Part shown: piece by piece, positions 1 through 11,083 of the stretch
Layout: every line of letters begins with the position of its first letter
Position numbering within the stretch: position 1 is the stretch's first letter
Notes under the pieces: model-generated
What the model was told of the DNA's origin: nothing
Database searches by the model: none
Seen by the model: the letters and a program-made list of their open reading frames with translations, nothing else
DNA from: Nitrospirota bacterium
GTDB lineage: Bacteria > Nitrospirota > UBA9217
Length of the DNA stretch: 64,000 nucleotides
Assembly (NCBI GenBank): GCA_963740085.1
Contig: CAVUCU010000001.1
Coordinates: 1,440,001-1,504,000, forward strand
Reading direction: 5' to 3'
Program-made: the position numbers and the translations under genes

Positions 1-2289
1 GGGATCGTTCAGATCGCCGGAGACCGGGATATCAAGCTCGATCTTGCCGTCCCGGTCCTTCAGGAGCGCCACGGCGAGTTTTACCGGCAGCTTCGTCGCC
101 TCGGGGCTTTCAACGGGATCGCCGAAAGTGAACTGGTCAAGGAAGACGTTGTTCTTGGCTTCAAGCTTTTTTTTCTTGATCAGATATTCAAGCTGGAAGG
201 AAAGCTTTCCCTTCTGGATAGCGTAGCCCGCATAACGGCCCGAATAGGGGCTCCCCGTGGTCAGGTCCATGTCCTTGAAACTCGCTTTAAGCTCCAGATA
301 GAGATCGTCCCTGAGCGGGTTGATCTTGCCGGTGATCTCAAGGGGGGCGTAGCGGTCATATTTGCCGCTCAGTTCGATCTCTCCGGCCGTGTCTTCTTCG
401 GATGAGAGCCCGGAGATGCGCCCGCTGATCTCGAGCAGGTTGGAGCTGAACCGCGGTCTGATGCTCTCATCCGTGAAGTTGATCGTACCGCCCTGGAGCG
501 TTATCTTGTCGATGCGGACGGTCCGCTGCTGCACAGGTCCCTGTTGAGCGTCCGCTGCCGCCACCGCTGGCTGCGGACCGGGCCCGGACGGAGCAGCTGC
601 TTCTTCCACCGGGGCCGGGGCTTTGAGGATCTCCTGCAGGTTGATCGTCCTGTCTGCGCTTACGATGATGCGGGAGAAAAAATGAGTAAGGGCGATTTCC
701 GGGATATGTACGAACAGCGGTGCGTACCGGATATCCATACCGCGCAGGTGAAGCGTGTCCCACGTAAGCAGTTCCTCAGCGGTGATCTTGTCAAGAAGCG
801 ATAACTTGTTTACCTGGAGTGTCCCCTTGTAGGCGGCTTTCAGCCCTTCGGTTTCGTCCTTGCGCGCGTTAAGCCTGCCGTTCATCGTAATCGCCCCGTT
901 CGCAAGCAGGATCTGCGTCCGCTGGGACAGAAAAGGCTGCGCCGGTTTGAGCGGGATCCCCTTGAGGTTCACGGCCATATCAATGGCGGGTGGATCCAGG
1001 GTAAGATCGCCGTCAACCGAGGCGCTCCCTTTACGCTCCACCCTCATCGAGAGGGCGATCGTTCCCTTTGCATCCTTTGCTGTGGAGATGTTCTGCGCCT
1101 TGCAGGTGATATCGTCGATGGTAATGCCAAAGGGCTCGGCAAGGCTCCGGTCGGCTATCTTCACCGTATAACCATCTATTACCAGTGATCTGAGCAAGAC
1201 GGTCCAAGTTGGAGCAGGCGACTTCGCGGTTGTCGGGGGAGTTTTCTCCGGCGAGGCGGTCACGATCGAGGAAACGTTCAGCTGACCGTCTGCAGAACGG
1301 GAAAGAGCGACCGACCCCTTCTCGGTAGCGATCGTGTTGATTTCTACTTTTTCCGCACCCAGATCGAACGATATATCTTTCAAGCTCAAAAGCGGTATCT
1401 TCAGGAAATCGCCCTGAACGTTTTTGATCTTTGCCGTAAGGTCCCTCACGCGCGTTTCGCCGGTAAGTATCAGTGTAGGAGCACGGTTCGTATACTGGCG
1501 GTAGGCAAGCTTCATTTCCACGTCGAGCCTGCCGGAAGGAACGTTTACATTAAGCGTATGAGGCGCATAGCCGAGATAGTAGGGTATGTCAAGATCCTTG
1601 AGCGCTATATCGAAGGAAGTCTCGAACGAGTCGGAAAAAACCTTTGTTGTTCCCCGGGCGGTCAGCGGCGAGCCGTTGACCAGGGCACTGAACGAGGGCT
1701 GCACAAAGGATTCCACATAGGCGGGCAGGTCGGAGATGAAGGGGATCGCGATATTGATCTGGGTGATCTCGTGTTTCGACTTAACGGGCCGGTCTTCGAA
1801 TTCGATGTTGCCATCAATGATCTGGATATTGCTCACGGAAAAGGCAAAAGCTTTACCGGGCTGCTTGGGGACGCCGGCCTCATCCACTGCCTGCACTCTT
1901 TCCGTAATATCGGAAAAGTTATAGCGATTGGCTTCCGTGCGGACAAGATGGATTCGCGGTTGTTCGAGCTTGACCTCCCGTATCACAGGAAAGCCTTTGA
2001 TTATGGAGATCGCCTGCAAATCAACATAGAGCCTCCCGAAGGAGATGAACGTGGTGCTGCCATCGCTCTCTTTGATCTCGAACCCCTTGATGACAGTCGA
2101 GAGGGCGAAGGGATTCAGGCTGACCGACTCGACGGTGACACGGCGGCCAAGCTGCTCACTCAGTTTCTCCATTGCAAGCTTCTTCAGGTAGGGCGGCAGG
2201 ATGAAAAAACCGGCGATGGTATACAGGAAGAGAAGAAGAAGGACGATGATGACGGTGATCCTGACCTTTCGTGACCTGGTGAAGGGCAT
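1..2289 (-). CDS. DUF748 domain-containing (AsmA-like) protein, 3' end outside window
   Basis: Absent from the ORF track because it runs off the edge. GGAGG RBS then ATG at 2289; translation MPFTRSRKVRITVIIVLLLLFLYTIAGFFILPPYLKKLAMEKLSEQLGRRVTVESVSLNPF is a typical DUF748 N-terminus, and the distal LAVALLKDRDGKIELDIPVSGDLNDP is also typical. Confidence 0.8.
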   Translation of the reverse strand, partial: MPFTRSRKVRITVIIVLLLLFLYTIAGFFILPPYLKKLAMEKLSEQLGRRVTVESVSLNPFALSTVIKGFEIKESDGSTTFISFGRLYVDLQAISIIKGFPVIREVKLEQPRIHLVRTEANRYNFSDITERVQAVDEAGVPKQPGKAFAFSVSNIQIIDGNIEFEDRPVKSKHEITQINIAIPFISDLPAYVESFVQPSFSALVNGSPLTARGTTKVFSDSFETSFDIALKDLDIPYYLGYAPHTLNVNVPSGRLDVEMKLAYRQYTNRAPTLILTGETRVRDLTAKIKNVQGDFLKIPLLSLKDISFDLGAEKVEINTIATEKGSVALSRSADGQLNVSSIVTASPEKTPPTTAKSPAPTWTVLLRSLVIDGYTVKIADRSLAEPFGITIDDITCKAQNISTAKDAKGTIALSMRVERKGSASVDGDLTLDPPAIDMAVNLKGIPLKPAQPFLSQRTQILLANGAITMNGRLNARKDETEGLKAAYKGTLQVNKLSLLDKITAEELLTWDTLHLRGMDIRYAPLFVHIPEIALTHFFSRIIVSADRTINLQEILKAPAPVEEAAAPSGPGPQPAVAAADAQQGPVQQRTVRIDKITLQGGTINFTDESIRPRFSSNLLEISGRISGLSSEEDTAGEIELSGKYDRYAPLEITGKINPLRDDLYLELKASFKDMDLTTGSPYSGRYAGYAIQKGKLSFQLEYLIKKKKLEAKNNVFLDQFTFGDPVESPEATKLPVKLAVALLKDRDGKIELDIPVSGDLNDP

Positions 2290-2365
2290 AGAGACCTCCG
2301 CACGGGGATGTACTAAGTGTATCGCAAAAAAGCAGAAAAGCAAATGCCGGAGAAAGTACCCGCGA

Positions 2366-4249
2366 TTATTCAGGTTGTTTCCTGCGAAGCTCAATTGCCT
2401 GTTTCACGTAATTTCTTTTTATTGAAATCGCGGGAACTCTGAAATCGAACCACGCCTTAACCGAAAGATCCGTGCCGATGCCATGCATAAAGTTGTACAC
2501 CGCTTTGTTCAGGCCCTGCGCATAGCGGTGAGGGTTGCAGCCGACACTATCTTCGTGAAGAAGATCATTGTTGGCAAACCTCCCAACAGAATGATCAACG
2601 ATCCTGCAGTGATATTTTTCCGGATGTCTTCCCACATCGCTGTGTACCGTCGCGGTAAACACGTGCCAGAATGCGGATTGTATCAGGCCCTCTTTAAAAA
2701 ACTGCCGTACGATCTCCAGGGCATCGATGGTTTCCTGTTCGGTTTGTGTCGGGAAACCATACATCAGATACGCGTGCACCATGACGCCAGCATCGCTGAA
2801 ATTCCGGCACGCCTGAGCGGCCTGACGAATGGTCACCCCCTTGTTCATTAACTTCAACAGTCTGTCCGAGGCCGCTTCCAGACCTCCCGTTACTGCGATG
2901 CAACCCGAGGCAGCCAGAAGTCTGCACAGGTCTCTGGTAAAGGCACGTTCAAAGCGGATATTTGCCCACCAGGAGATAGTGATGCCTCTTCTCAGCAACT
3001 CCATGGCCAGTGCACGCAGAACCGCGGGCGGCGCGGCTTCATCGACAAAATGAAATCCGGTTTGTCCTGTTTGGGCGATCACCCGCTCAATCCTGTCAAC
3101 CAGCACGCCGGCCGGAGCACTGTCGTAGCGTTTTATATAATCGAGCGTCGTATCGCAGAATGAACATTGATGCCAGTAGCAACCATGTGCAACGGTAAGC
3201 TTGTTCCACCGTCCGTCGGACCATAGGCGGTGCATGGGATTGGCGATTTCTATGAGAGAGAGATACTTATCCAAAAGGAGATCTGAATAATCCGGGCAAC
3301 CGGTCTCTGCGTGGGAGGGATCCTGTTCCGTATCATCATTCATGAATTTCACTCGATCATCAATTCGTATGAATGTTCGTTTGAGGCCGGCCGTCTTTTT
3401 TTCTCCTTGAAGACATTTCAAAATATTCAATAAGGGAAGTTCGCCGTCGTCCAGGGTAATAAAATCGACATAGTTAAAGATCGCGGGTTCGGAAAGGGCA
3501 CGAAGTTCCGTATTAACAAATCCGCCACCCGCTGCGATCTTGATATGTGGATGGTCCTTCTTGATGAATTGACAGCATTTCAGACCGGCGTAGACATTTC
3601 CGGGAAAGGGAAGCGTAATGCAGACGACATCTGGTCGATTCAGCTCAATATGGCCCTTCAGCAATTCATGCATCCAGGTCTCAATGATATTTTCGGGTTG
3701 TTGCAAGGCCTTCTCGATCGGATCAAAAGAATGAGCGGACATTCCAAGCTTTTCAGCGTACCGGCTGAATCCAAAATACGGAGTTACGGCATCTTTGATA
3801 AGGTCGCCGACATCTTCGATATATCGTGTGGCCAGGAACCGGGCCCTGTCATTCGCTCCGATGTTCCCAAATGACCATTCCAGATCGGGCAATTGATCGA
3901 ATCGTGATGCCCGCGGCAGAAAATGATCGGAGCCGATGCGTTGGGCGAGCGTATTGTCCCGGTACTGCAGGAAATTCATCACCTGGTCAATCGTTTGCAC
4001 GTAGGAGCGTTCGTTATGAATTATCTTGAGCGAATTGGGGGACAACTGTGTCGTTCCGTTTTTCACAACAGCGAACAGTGCTTCAAAACCCGGGTGGGAA
4101 AATATTTTATTTACCAGTTCAATGCCGAGATCGACCTGTAATACCTGATACCCGTGCAATTTCAAAAAGCCTTTCAAATAAGGCGTTGCCGGATATGGGG
4201 TGTTGAGCTGGGTAAACGGCGGCGTTATGAGGAGTATTTTTTTTTGCAT
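2366..4249 (-). CDS. Cobalamin-binding radical SAM protein
   Basis: N-terminal ITPPFTQLNTPYPA, B12-binding-like GGGFVN segment, GCYWHQCSFC Fe-S motif, FHFVDEA, GGLE, MYGFPTQT. Confidence 0.85.
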   Translation of the reverse strand: MQKKILLITPPFTQLNTPYPATPYLKGFLKLHGYQVLQVDLGIELVNKIFSHPGFEALFAVVKNGTTQLSPNSLKIIHNERSYVQTIDQVMNFLQYRDNTLAQRIGSDHFLPRASRFDQLPDLEWSFGNIGANDRARFLATRYIEDVGDLIKDAVTPYFGFSRYAEKLGMSAHSFDPIEKALQQPENIIETWMHELLKGHIELNRPDVVCITLPFPGNVYAGLKCCQFIKKDHPHIKIAAGGGFVNTELRALSEPAIFNYVDFITLDDGELPLLNILKCLQGEKKTAGLKRTFIRIDDRVKFMNDDTEQDPSHAETGCPDYSDLLLDKYLSLIEIANPMHRLWSDGRWNKLTVAHGCYWHQCSFCDTTLDYIKRYDSAPAGVLVDRIERVIAQTGQTGFHFVDEAAPPAVLRALAMELLRRGITISWWANIRFERAFTRDLCRLLAASGCIAVTGGLEAASDRLLKLMNKGVTIRQAAQACRNFSDAGVMVHAYLMYGFPTQTEQETIDALEIVRQFFKEGLIQSAFWHVFTATVHSDVGRHPEKYHCRIVDHSVGRFANNDLLHEDSVGCNPHRYAQGLNKAVYNFMHGIGTDLSVKAWFDFRVPAISIKRNYVKQAIELRRKQPE

Positions 4250-4523
4250 CCGCTCATACCTTCACTTTTATCGTATGAAAAGAGATGCAGTCAATAAAGC
4301 GCTGCGAGTCACTTAAGCCGATAGGGCCTTTACGTGCTGACGAAAAAAATCGAAACAGATTCGAGGCATTTTAGCATTAAGCTCTTACGGAGTAAAGCTT
4401 CTTTGGTCAATTGGGAGGCCTGCGAGCCGGGAGAACGCGGGGTCGGACGGATCAGCCGTGTCTGCCTGAACTTCGCCCGCTTCATTTTCCGGAAGCATCT
4501 CTTCTTACAGCGCGTATTTTGAA

Positions 4524-4552
4524 TTGAAAATTGTCCTGTGCCATGCAATAAT
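4524..4552 (+). promoter_or_regulatory. Candidate sigma70 promoter for the nucleoside transporter
   Basis: TTGAAA-17 bp-AATAAT with extended TG, ~40 bp upstream of ATG 4594. Confidence 0.4.
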
Positions 4553-4593
4553 GACAACGTTGAACAAGGTTTAATTTACGGAGAGGGCTTTAT

Positions 4594-5835
4594 ATGCTTT
4601 TTCAAGCAATGCTGGGTCTCGTTGTGTTCACCGGTATCGCCTGGCTTATCAGCGAGAACAGGAGAGGCGTCAAGTACATCACGGCGTTGACCGGTGTCGT
4701 GGTCCAGCTCTGCATCGCCGGCATCCTGCTTTATGTCCCCTTGTTCAAGAAGTTCTTCCTGCTCCTGAACAACATAGTCCTGGCCCTTGAGTCGGCGACC
4801 AGGGCGGGTTCTTCCTTCGTATTCGGTTACATCGGCGGCGGGACGCCGCCGTTCCTGCTGCAGGACCCGGGAGCGAACTTTATTCTTGCGTTCCAGGCCC
4901 TTCCGCTTGTACTCGTTATCGGCGCTCTCTCCGCCCTCCTGTTTTATTGGAGGATCATGCCCTTTGTCGTAAAGGGCTTTTCCCTCATACTCCAGAAAAC
5001 CATGAACATCGGCGGCGCGCTCGGTCTCGGCGCCTCAACCACGATCTTTCTCGGTATGGTGGAGGCGCCCCTCGTCATCAAGCCCTATCTCAGGAACATG
5101 ACCAGGAGCGAGCTCTTCTCGCTAATGACCGTGGGCATGGCATGCATAGCCGGGACGGTCATGATCCTGTACGCAACGATCCTGAAAGGGGTGGTCCCCG
5201 ATCCGCTCGGCCACATCCTCGTGGCTTCCTTCATCCATGTGGCCGCCGCGATCACGATCGCCCGCATCATGGTCCCGGAGACCGGGGAAGAGACCTCGGG
5301 AAACTTCGTTCCCCAGCGGACCGCGACGAGTTCCATGGATGCTGTGGTCAAGGGGACCCTTGACGGCCTCCACCTCCTCCTGAACATTGTTGCCATGCTC
5401 ATCGTCATGGTGGCCCTGGTCTACCTCGCGAACCAGCTCATCGGCCTTCTCCCTGACGTCGGAAAAAAGCCGCTCACCCTCCAGAGAATGCTCGGCTTCG
5501 TTATGGCGCCTGTCGTCTGGCTCTTCGGCATTCCCTGGCCGCAGGCGCAGACCGCGGGATACCTCATGGGCACCAAGACTATCTTGAACGAGCTGCTGGC
5601 CTTCCTCGAAATGGCCAGGCTCCCGACCGAGGCCCTTGATCCGCGCAGCAGGCTGATCATGACCTATGCCCTGAGCAGTTTTGCCAACTTCGGCAGTCTC
5701 GGCATCCTGATCGGCGGCCTCGGGAGCCTTGCGCCGGAGCGGCGGGACGAGGTTGTGGCCCTCGGCATGAAAGCGCTCGTTGCCGGCACCCTCGCGACCT
5801 GCATGACGGGCGCGGTCATCGGGATCTTCTCATAG
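4594..5835 (+). CDS. NupC/CNT-family concentrative nucleoside transporter
   Basis: Hydrophobic 413 aa; FLGMVEAPLVIKPYL, GTKTILNELLAF, SFANFGSLGILIGG motifs. Confidence 0.9.
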   Translation: MLFQAMLGLVVFTGIAWLISENRRGVKYITALTGVVVQLCIAGILLYVPLFKKFFLLLNNIVLALESATRAGSSFVFGYIGGGTPPFLLQDPGANFILAFQALPLVLVIGALSALLFYWRIMPFVVKGFSLILQKTMNIGGALGLGASTTIFLGMVEAPLVIKPYLRNMTRSELFSLMTVGMACIAGTVMILYATILKGVVPDPLGHILVASFIHVAAAITIARIMVPETGEETSGNFVPQRTATSSMDAVVKGTLDGLHLLLNIVAMLIVMVALVYLANQLIGLLPDVGKKPLTLQRMLGFVMAPVVWLFGIPWPQAQTAGYLMGTKTILNELLAFLEMARLPTEALDPRSRLIMTYALSSFANFGSLGILIGGLGSLAPERRDEVVALGMKALVAGTLATCMTGAVIGIFS

Positions 5836-5917
5836 GCCTCCTTCGCAGGTGTTACTACTCATCAGGCAAAAAAGACCAAAGCGAAGGCGTGGAAATAACG
5901 CAAACCGGGCGGACCAT

Positions 5918-5948
5918 AAAAAGCCCATCATCAATTGACGATGGGCTC
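5918..5948 (-). terminator. Intrinsic terminator downstream of cheBR
   Basis: AGCCCATCGTC-AATT-GATGATGGGCT followed by TTTT on the minus strand. Confidence 0.6.
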
Positions 5949-6023
5949 GAAACGATTGCCGGCAGCGTGGAAGCCGGCAACGCACGGAGCTGCGTTTGTC
6001 GGAAGCGATGAGCGGCACGGTTA

Positions 6024-9000
6024 TTATTCCTCATCCGGCTTATCAAAGTATTCCGGATACAACTTGAGCGCACACTCGGGACAGATGCCGTGGCTGAATT
6101 CCGCGTCGGAATGATCTTTGATAAAGGCCTCGAGCTGCTCCCAATAACCTTTGTCATTGCGTATCTTCTTGCATGAAGAGCAGATCGGCAACAGTCCAGT
6201 CAGCTTCTTGACCTTGGAAAGCGCTTCCTTTCGATCAAGATCACTCTTGTCCCGCTCCTCTTCCGCAATTCGCCGTGCGGTGATATCTTCCACGGCAAGA
6301 AGGATCAACGGAGTTTCAGACCCTTCCCGGACGACCCTTCGCGCATTCAGGAGCATGATCCTGCGACCGATGTCAGACGTCTCGTTATCGACAACGAAGT
6401 CGTTGAAGAACGTGTTTTTCTCGAGGATATCCTCAAGTAGGCTCCTGAGCAGAGGGATATTCCAGCGCCCATTTTGCAGCTCGTAAAGGACTTTGTTCTC
6501 TACCGAGTCCGGCGTAACTCGAAAGCTCTTGTAGTACGCCTGGTTTGCGGTGACCACCTGCAGGTCTTTGTTCAATACGATAAGGGGTTCCCGCACAGTC
6601 TCGATGATCGCATCGGCATAATCGCGGGCTTCCTGAATACGCAGCATGCCGAGTTTCAGGCTATCGATGTCTTCGAGGGTCACGAGTGCGCCGTCGATCC
6701 TGTTATCAATGGTCTTGTACGGCCGTATCTTCATGGAGTACCAGCGGCCCTGTGTGTCCTGGATCTCCTGTTCCCTGATCGTCAGGGAGTCGATCACCTC
6801 ACGTACCATCTTTTCGAGGTCAGGGACATTGATATTAGGCCTGATGTCGGAAATAGGCCGCCCGGTATCGCTTGCGATAAGGTTCAGCGCCTTTCCCGCG
6901 GATGCATTGAATCGCCTGATCTGCAGTTTATTCCCGATCAGCAGGATCGGGATCTCGACGCCGCTCAAGACATTGAGCAGATCGTTATTGCTCTCCGTGA
7001 TTTCCTCGTTGCGATTCTGAAGCTCGTCGTTCACGGTGTTCAGTTCTTCATTGGTGGACTGAAGCTCTTCCTTGGACGTTTCAAGCTCCTCGTTGATGCT
7101 CTGCAGTTCTTCGTTGCTGGACTGTATTTCTTCATTCAGCGCCTTATGTTCCTCGGTAGACGCCTCATTTTCCGCGATGATCGACTTCAGGTGCTGTTGC
7201 GTGGCGGCAAGCTCGTCCGCCAGCGAGGCAGCCTGGTCCTCCTGATGCCGGCCTTTTATCTTAGCCGGAGCTTTTCCCGTTTTTTTCACGTCCTGCGATG
7301 TCGGCGCGGCCCTGTCCTCAAAAATGATCAGAAAAAGGCGTTCCTTTGAAGCACCAGTCTTAAACGCGAGCACTTCGATGGTTATTATGTCGACGATGTT
7401 GTTATGTCTGACCTTTATGCCTTCTTTTCTGACGGGAACGTCCTTTCCAGTTGCCTGGCGGATGAGGACCCGCAGCTCCATGGCGAGGTTTTCGCCCGCC
7501 ATCTTCATGAGATTGAGGCTTGCCTTGCCGGGCTGGGGTTTCAGATAGGGGCTGATGTTCCCGCGGAATTGCAGAATATCCATGTCTTCATTAATGACCA
7601 GTCCCGCGGGGCTGTATCTGTTCAGGATGATGCTGTCGGCTTCCTTCTGGATTTCGGTCCCGCCTGCGGCATGCCCTTCCACCTTTTCCTTGACGTCGGC
7701 TTTTTCACGAACATGACCCCGTTCCCCATCTAAATGCGAAATAGTCAATGATGTCTTTTTAGAATAGATCCTGCTGTTTTTATCGACTAAAGAAAAAAGG
7801 TTCGCAAACTCGCCGATGGACTCGGACCTCCCGAGCATGAGATAGCCCTTCGGCTTGAGGGCATAGTGCAGGATCGGGAGCGCCTTTTTCTGCAGTATTG
7901 GGCCGAAATAGATCATCAGGTTCCTGCAGCTGATCAGGTCCATCTTCGAGAACGGCGGGTCCTTGATAAGGTTCTGTCTGGCGAATACGCATTGCTCCCG
8001 GATGTCCTTGCTGACCTGATATCCCTGTTCCACCTTGGTAAAGAAACGTCTGAGCCGTTCAGGAGAAACATCCTTCACGATATTGTCCGGGTAAAGACCC
8101 TGGCGGGCCTTTTCAATTGCCGCCTCGTCAATGTCGGATGCAAAGAATTGGATCGGATAGGAAACGCTCCGCTCTTCACTGAATTCCGAGAAACACATTG
8201 CGAGCGAGTACGCCTCCTCTCCTGTCGAGCATCCCGGGACCCATACCCGCAAGGGTGTATCGGATGACCTGCTCTCAAAGATGCGCGGGAACACGACGTC
8301 CTTTAACGCAGTGAACGTCTCCGGTTCCCGGAAAAAGGAAGTGACATTGATGAGGATGTCCTGGTACAGAACCTCGACTTCCGAGGGATTCTCCTGCAGA
8401 TAATGGACGTATTGTTTCAATGCATCTATCTTATGCAGGAGCATGCGCCGGGAGATCCTGCGCAGTATCGTTGTCTGTTTGTAATAGGTGAAATCAACGC
8501 CGGTGGCCGTCCTGATCCGCATGAATATTCTATTCAGATCGTCCTCTTCTGCCGAAGGCAGCGGGCCGGCCTTCATGGCAGTGAGAAGGGTCATGACGGG
8601 ATGGCGGCTTATTCTCGCCAGCTCGGCGGCTATTTTTTCAGGGGGCAGGATGAAATCCACGACCCCGGTCGCGGCGGCGCTCTTCGGCATGCCGTTATAT
8701 TTTGCCGATTGTTCGTCCTGGGACAGGACGATCCCGCCCTCGGCCTTTATGGCACGGATCCCCAGGGAACCGTCGGAGCCGGTCCCTGAAAGGATGATAC
8801 CGACGGCACTCTGCCCCTGGTCCTCGGCAAGAGACTGGAAAAAAGAATCAACAGGCATATGCTGGGTATGAGTTTCGCCGCGCGGCAGAAGCCGGAGCTT
8901 GCCGTGGAAAACAGCCAGCGCCGTATTGGGCGGAATGACGTATACATTGTCGGGTTCCACGGTCATGCCGTCCTGTACCTCGCGTACCGGCATGGAAGTA

Positions 9001-9344
9001 GCCTTTGAAAGGAGTTCGGCCAGCATGCTGTCTTTGGTCGGGGCAAGGTGTTGAACGAGCACGAAAGCCATGCCCGTATCGGGCGGAAGATGTTCCAGAA
9101 GCTTTGTGAATGCCTCCAGCCCTCCTGCAGAGGCGCCGATTCCGACAATAAGAAACGTTTTTTCGTTCGATCGGTCTTGTTCGGCAGGCGGACTCTCTAT
9201 CGCCTGGCTGGGCAGGCGTTTGGAAGAAGATTTTTTCGGCCCGCTGTTCTTACTGCCTTTGCCGTCATTCGGTCTCTTTTTGAGAGATAACGATTTTTTG
9301 ACGTCCCTTGCCGGACGTCTATCCGGCGATTGCTTTTTAGCCAT
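6024..9344 (-). CDS. CheB methylesterase-CheR methyltransferase fusion with coiled coil, two PAS-like domains and a C-terminal Cys-rich (CxxC...HGICPEC) domain
   Basis: GASAGG, VQH, SGTGSDG (CheB); INVTSFFRE, GCSTGEEAYS, CRNLMIY (CheR); NEELQS heptads; LPICSSCKKIR...SHGICPEC. Confidence 0.92.
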   Translation of the reverse strand: MAKKQSPDRRPARDVKKSLSLKKRPNDGKGSKNSGPKKSSSKRLPSQAIESPPAEQDRSNEKTFLIVGIGASAGGLEAFTKLLEHLPPDTGMAFVLVQHLAPTKDSMLAELLSKATSMPVREVQDGMTVEPDNVYVIPPNTALAVFHGKLRLLPRGETHTQHMPVDSFFQSLAEDQGQSAVGIILSGTGSDGSLGIRAIKAEGGIVLSQDEQSAKYNGMPKSAAATGVVDFILPPEKIAAELARISRHPVMTLLTAMKAGPLPSAEEDDLNRIFMRIRTATGVDFTYYKQTTILRRISRRMLLHKIDALKQYVHYLQENPSEVEVLYQDILINVTSFFREPETFTALKDVVFPRIFESRSSDTPLRVWVPGCSTGEEAYSLAMCFSEFSEERSVSYPIQFFASDIDEAAIEKARQGLYPDNIVKDVSPERLRRFFTKVEQGYQVSKDIREQCVFARQNLIKDPPFSKMDLISCRNLMIYFGPILQKKALPILHYALKPKGYLMLGRSESIGEFANLFSLVDKNSRIYSKKTSLTISHLDGERGHVREKADVKEKVEGHAAGGTEIQKEADSIILNRYSPAGLVINEDMDILQFRGNISPYLKPQPGKASLNLMKMAGENLAMELRVLIRQATGKDVPVRKEGIKVRHNNIVDIITIEVLAFKTGASKERLFLIIFEDRAAPTSQDVKKTGKAPAKIKGRHQEDQAASLADELAATQQHLKSIIAENEASTEEHKALNEEIQSSNEELQSINEELETSKEELQSTNEELNTVNDELQNRNEEITESNNDLLNVLSGVEIPILLIGNKLQIRRFNASAGKALNLIASDTGRPISDIRPNINVPDLEKMVREVIDSLTIREQEIQDTQGRWYSMKIRPYKTIDNRIDGALVTLEDIDSLKLGMLRIQEARDYADAIIETVREPLIVLNKDLQVVTANQAYYKSFRVTPDSVENKVLYELQNGRWNIPLLRSLLEDILEKNTFFNDFVVDNETSDIGRRIMLLNARRVVREGSETPLILLAVEDITARRIAEEERDKSDLDRKEALSKVKKLTGLLPICSSCKKIRNDKGYWEQLEAFIKDHSDAEFSHGICPECALKLYPEYFDKPDEE

Positions 9345-9576
9345 GGGTTCTCCCGCTCTTATGTGTCATTCATGACTATTCAGGTCCGTCTCACGCACAG
9401 CACCGAAGGCCGTCCCGGACAGGAGACACGCGGTGATAGTAAGATGTGCCGTCCAGTTCCGTATCACTTTGCTCGCACCATATCCATATTGAAGTATATT
9501 AACACAGTGAATGCTTTCTCTATGTAAAAATACCCTATCCGCATCGCGCGGGGGACCGGAATGTCATATCGCATGC

Positions 9577-11017
9577 TTATTCCTCCGGCTGAGCCACCGA
9601 ACCGGTGTAAAATGCCGTACACTTTCCACCGAGGAATTTCCATGCATCTTTCAGCGCGTTCGTCACGGATCCCGTAATTGACTTCAAGACGCTTATTTTC
9701 TCGATCTTCGCCTTACGGAACGGCCCGTGCACTTTCTGGCTGTAAACAGCGCATCCTCGTTTATCGAGGACCGCTACGGTTACATCGTCAAACTGGTCGT
9801 TGTTGAAGTTCAATCCGCCCTTCATGGCGATCCGGTATTTTTTTGTGGCAAAGGCCACATCGGTCGCTCCGGCAACACCGTTTTCTACTTTCCAGACTCG
9901 AGACGAGTTTTTTAATGATCCCTTTTCCGCCCAGGGACTCTTCGTAGACGCTTCCAAAGTTGTAGCTCTTGGTGATGACCGGCCCGAAGGGGCCCACCAG
10001 GAAGTACGCCCCTACATCCACGAGATTGAAGTTCTGGCTTCTTTCGTACTTCGGGATAAGGGCATCGACATCCATGGTATTGAGCATAAGGTCGTCCCCG
10101 CTCAAAGAAACGTCGCCGTTGAGCGTTCGCTTCACCTCCTCCATGCTCTTCCCCGTTGCAGTAAGGTCCGCGGAAAAATTGACCGTCCCTTCCATGCTTT
10201 TCTTGAAGGTTTCCCCGGACGAGTATGCCTGGATCAGCTTCTCGATCCTGAACTTGTTAAGTGTAGTGATCACCCGGTAGCGGGGCAGCGCACCCGTCGT
10301 GTCCACATGAACGCTTCCCTTCCCGGTTCCGTCGAAGATTTGCATACTGACCGGATTTATGTCGAGGATCCCGTCGCCCGCTACCGTTCTCACCGCGAGG
10401 TTTGTCAGAGTAAGGTTGTTGATCGTGAGTGTCTTGCATTTGATATCCCCGGCGAATGAGATGTTCCTGAGTGGTCCCGCGCCTTCCGTTCTGCCGTATG
10501 AAAAGTCCCGTATGGTCCCATCGAAGTCGTCCACCTTGATCCTCTCGCCGGAGCTTTCATCTGTATAAACAAGTCTCCCCGCTGAGATCGATACCTTGTT
10601 CACCGTAAGAAGCCTTTCTATCAGCGTGCGTTCCGGTTTTTCAAAATTGAACCTTCCGTTCTTATACCTGACTATGGAGAAGACCGGCTTGATAAGCCTG
10701 ATCCGGCTGAGCAGGACCTCGTGTCTCGTAAGAGGGATGAGCCTCAGCCCTATCCTCATCTTTTCCGCGGTAACGACATCCTCACCCTTCTTCTGCACGC
10801 TGACGTTCTTCACCGATATACCGAAACCCGGAAAGAGATCGATGCCCAATCTGCCCTTGATATGCACATCCATTCCCAGGGCATTCGATGCCGCTGCCTC
10901 GATCTGCGGTTTAAAGACTTGCAGATTGAGCAGGAGGAGGGAGACCGCGCCGACAACGAGGGCTATCACGCCCATTGTTATGAACAGGACTTTTTTTCTC
11001 TTGAGAATCATGATCAC
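9577..11017 (-). pseudogene. AsmA family protein, frameshifted near 9900
   Basis: AsmA-type N-terminus in ORF 9788..11017; reading continues as VWKVENGVA...DVAFATKKYRIAMKGGLNF in ORF 9577..9957. Confidence 0.75.
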
Positions 11018-11083
11018 CCTCCAGGCGTGTCATGAATGACGCCCGGTAATGGATCAAGTCCGGCGCACTCATTTGGAATATTA

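Noticed and set aside
5836-6023. tRNA or att site at the left island boundary
   Set aside because: Only terminator-like hairpins were seen; no cloverleaf and no matching direct repeat at the right boundary
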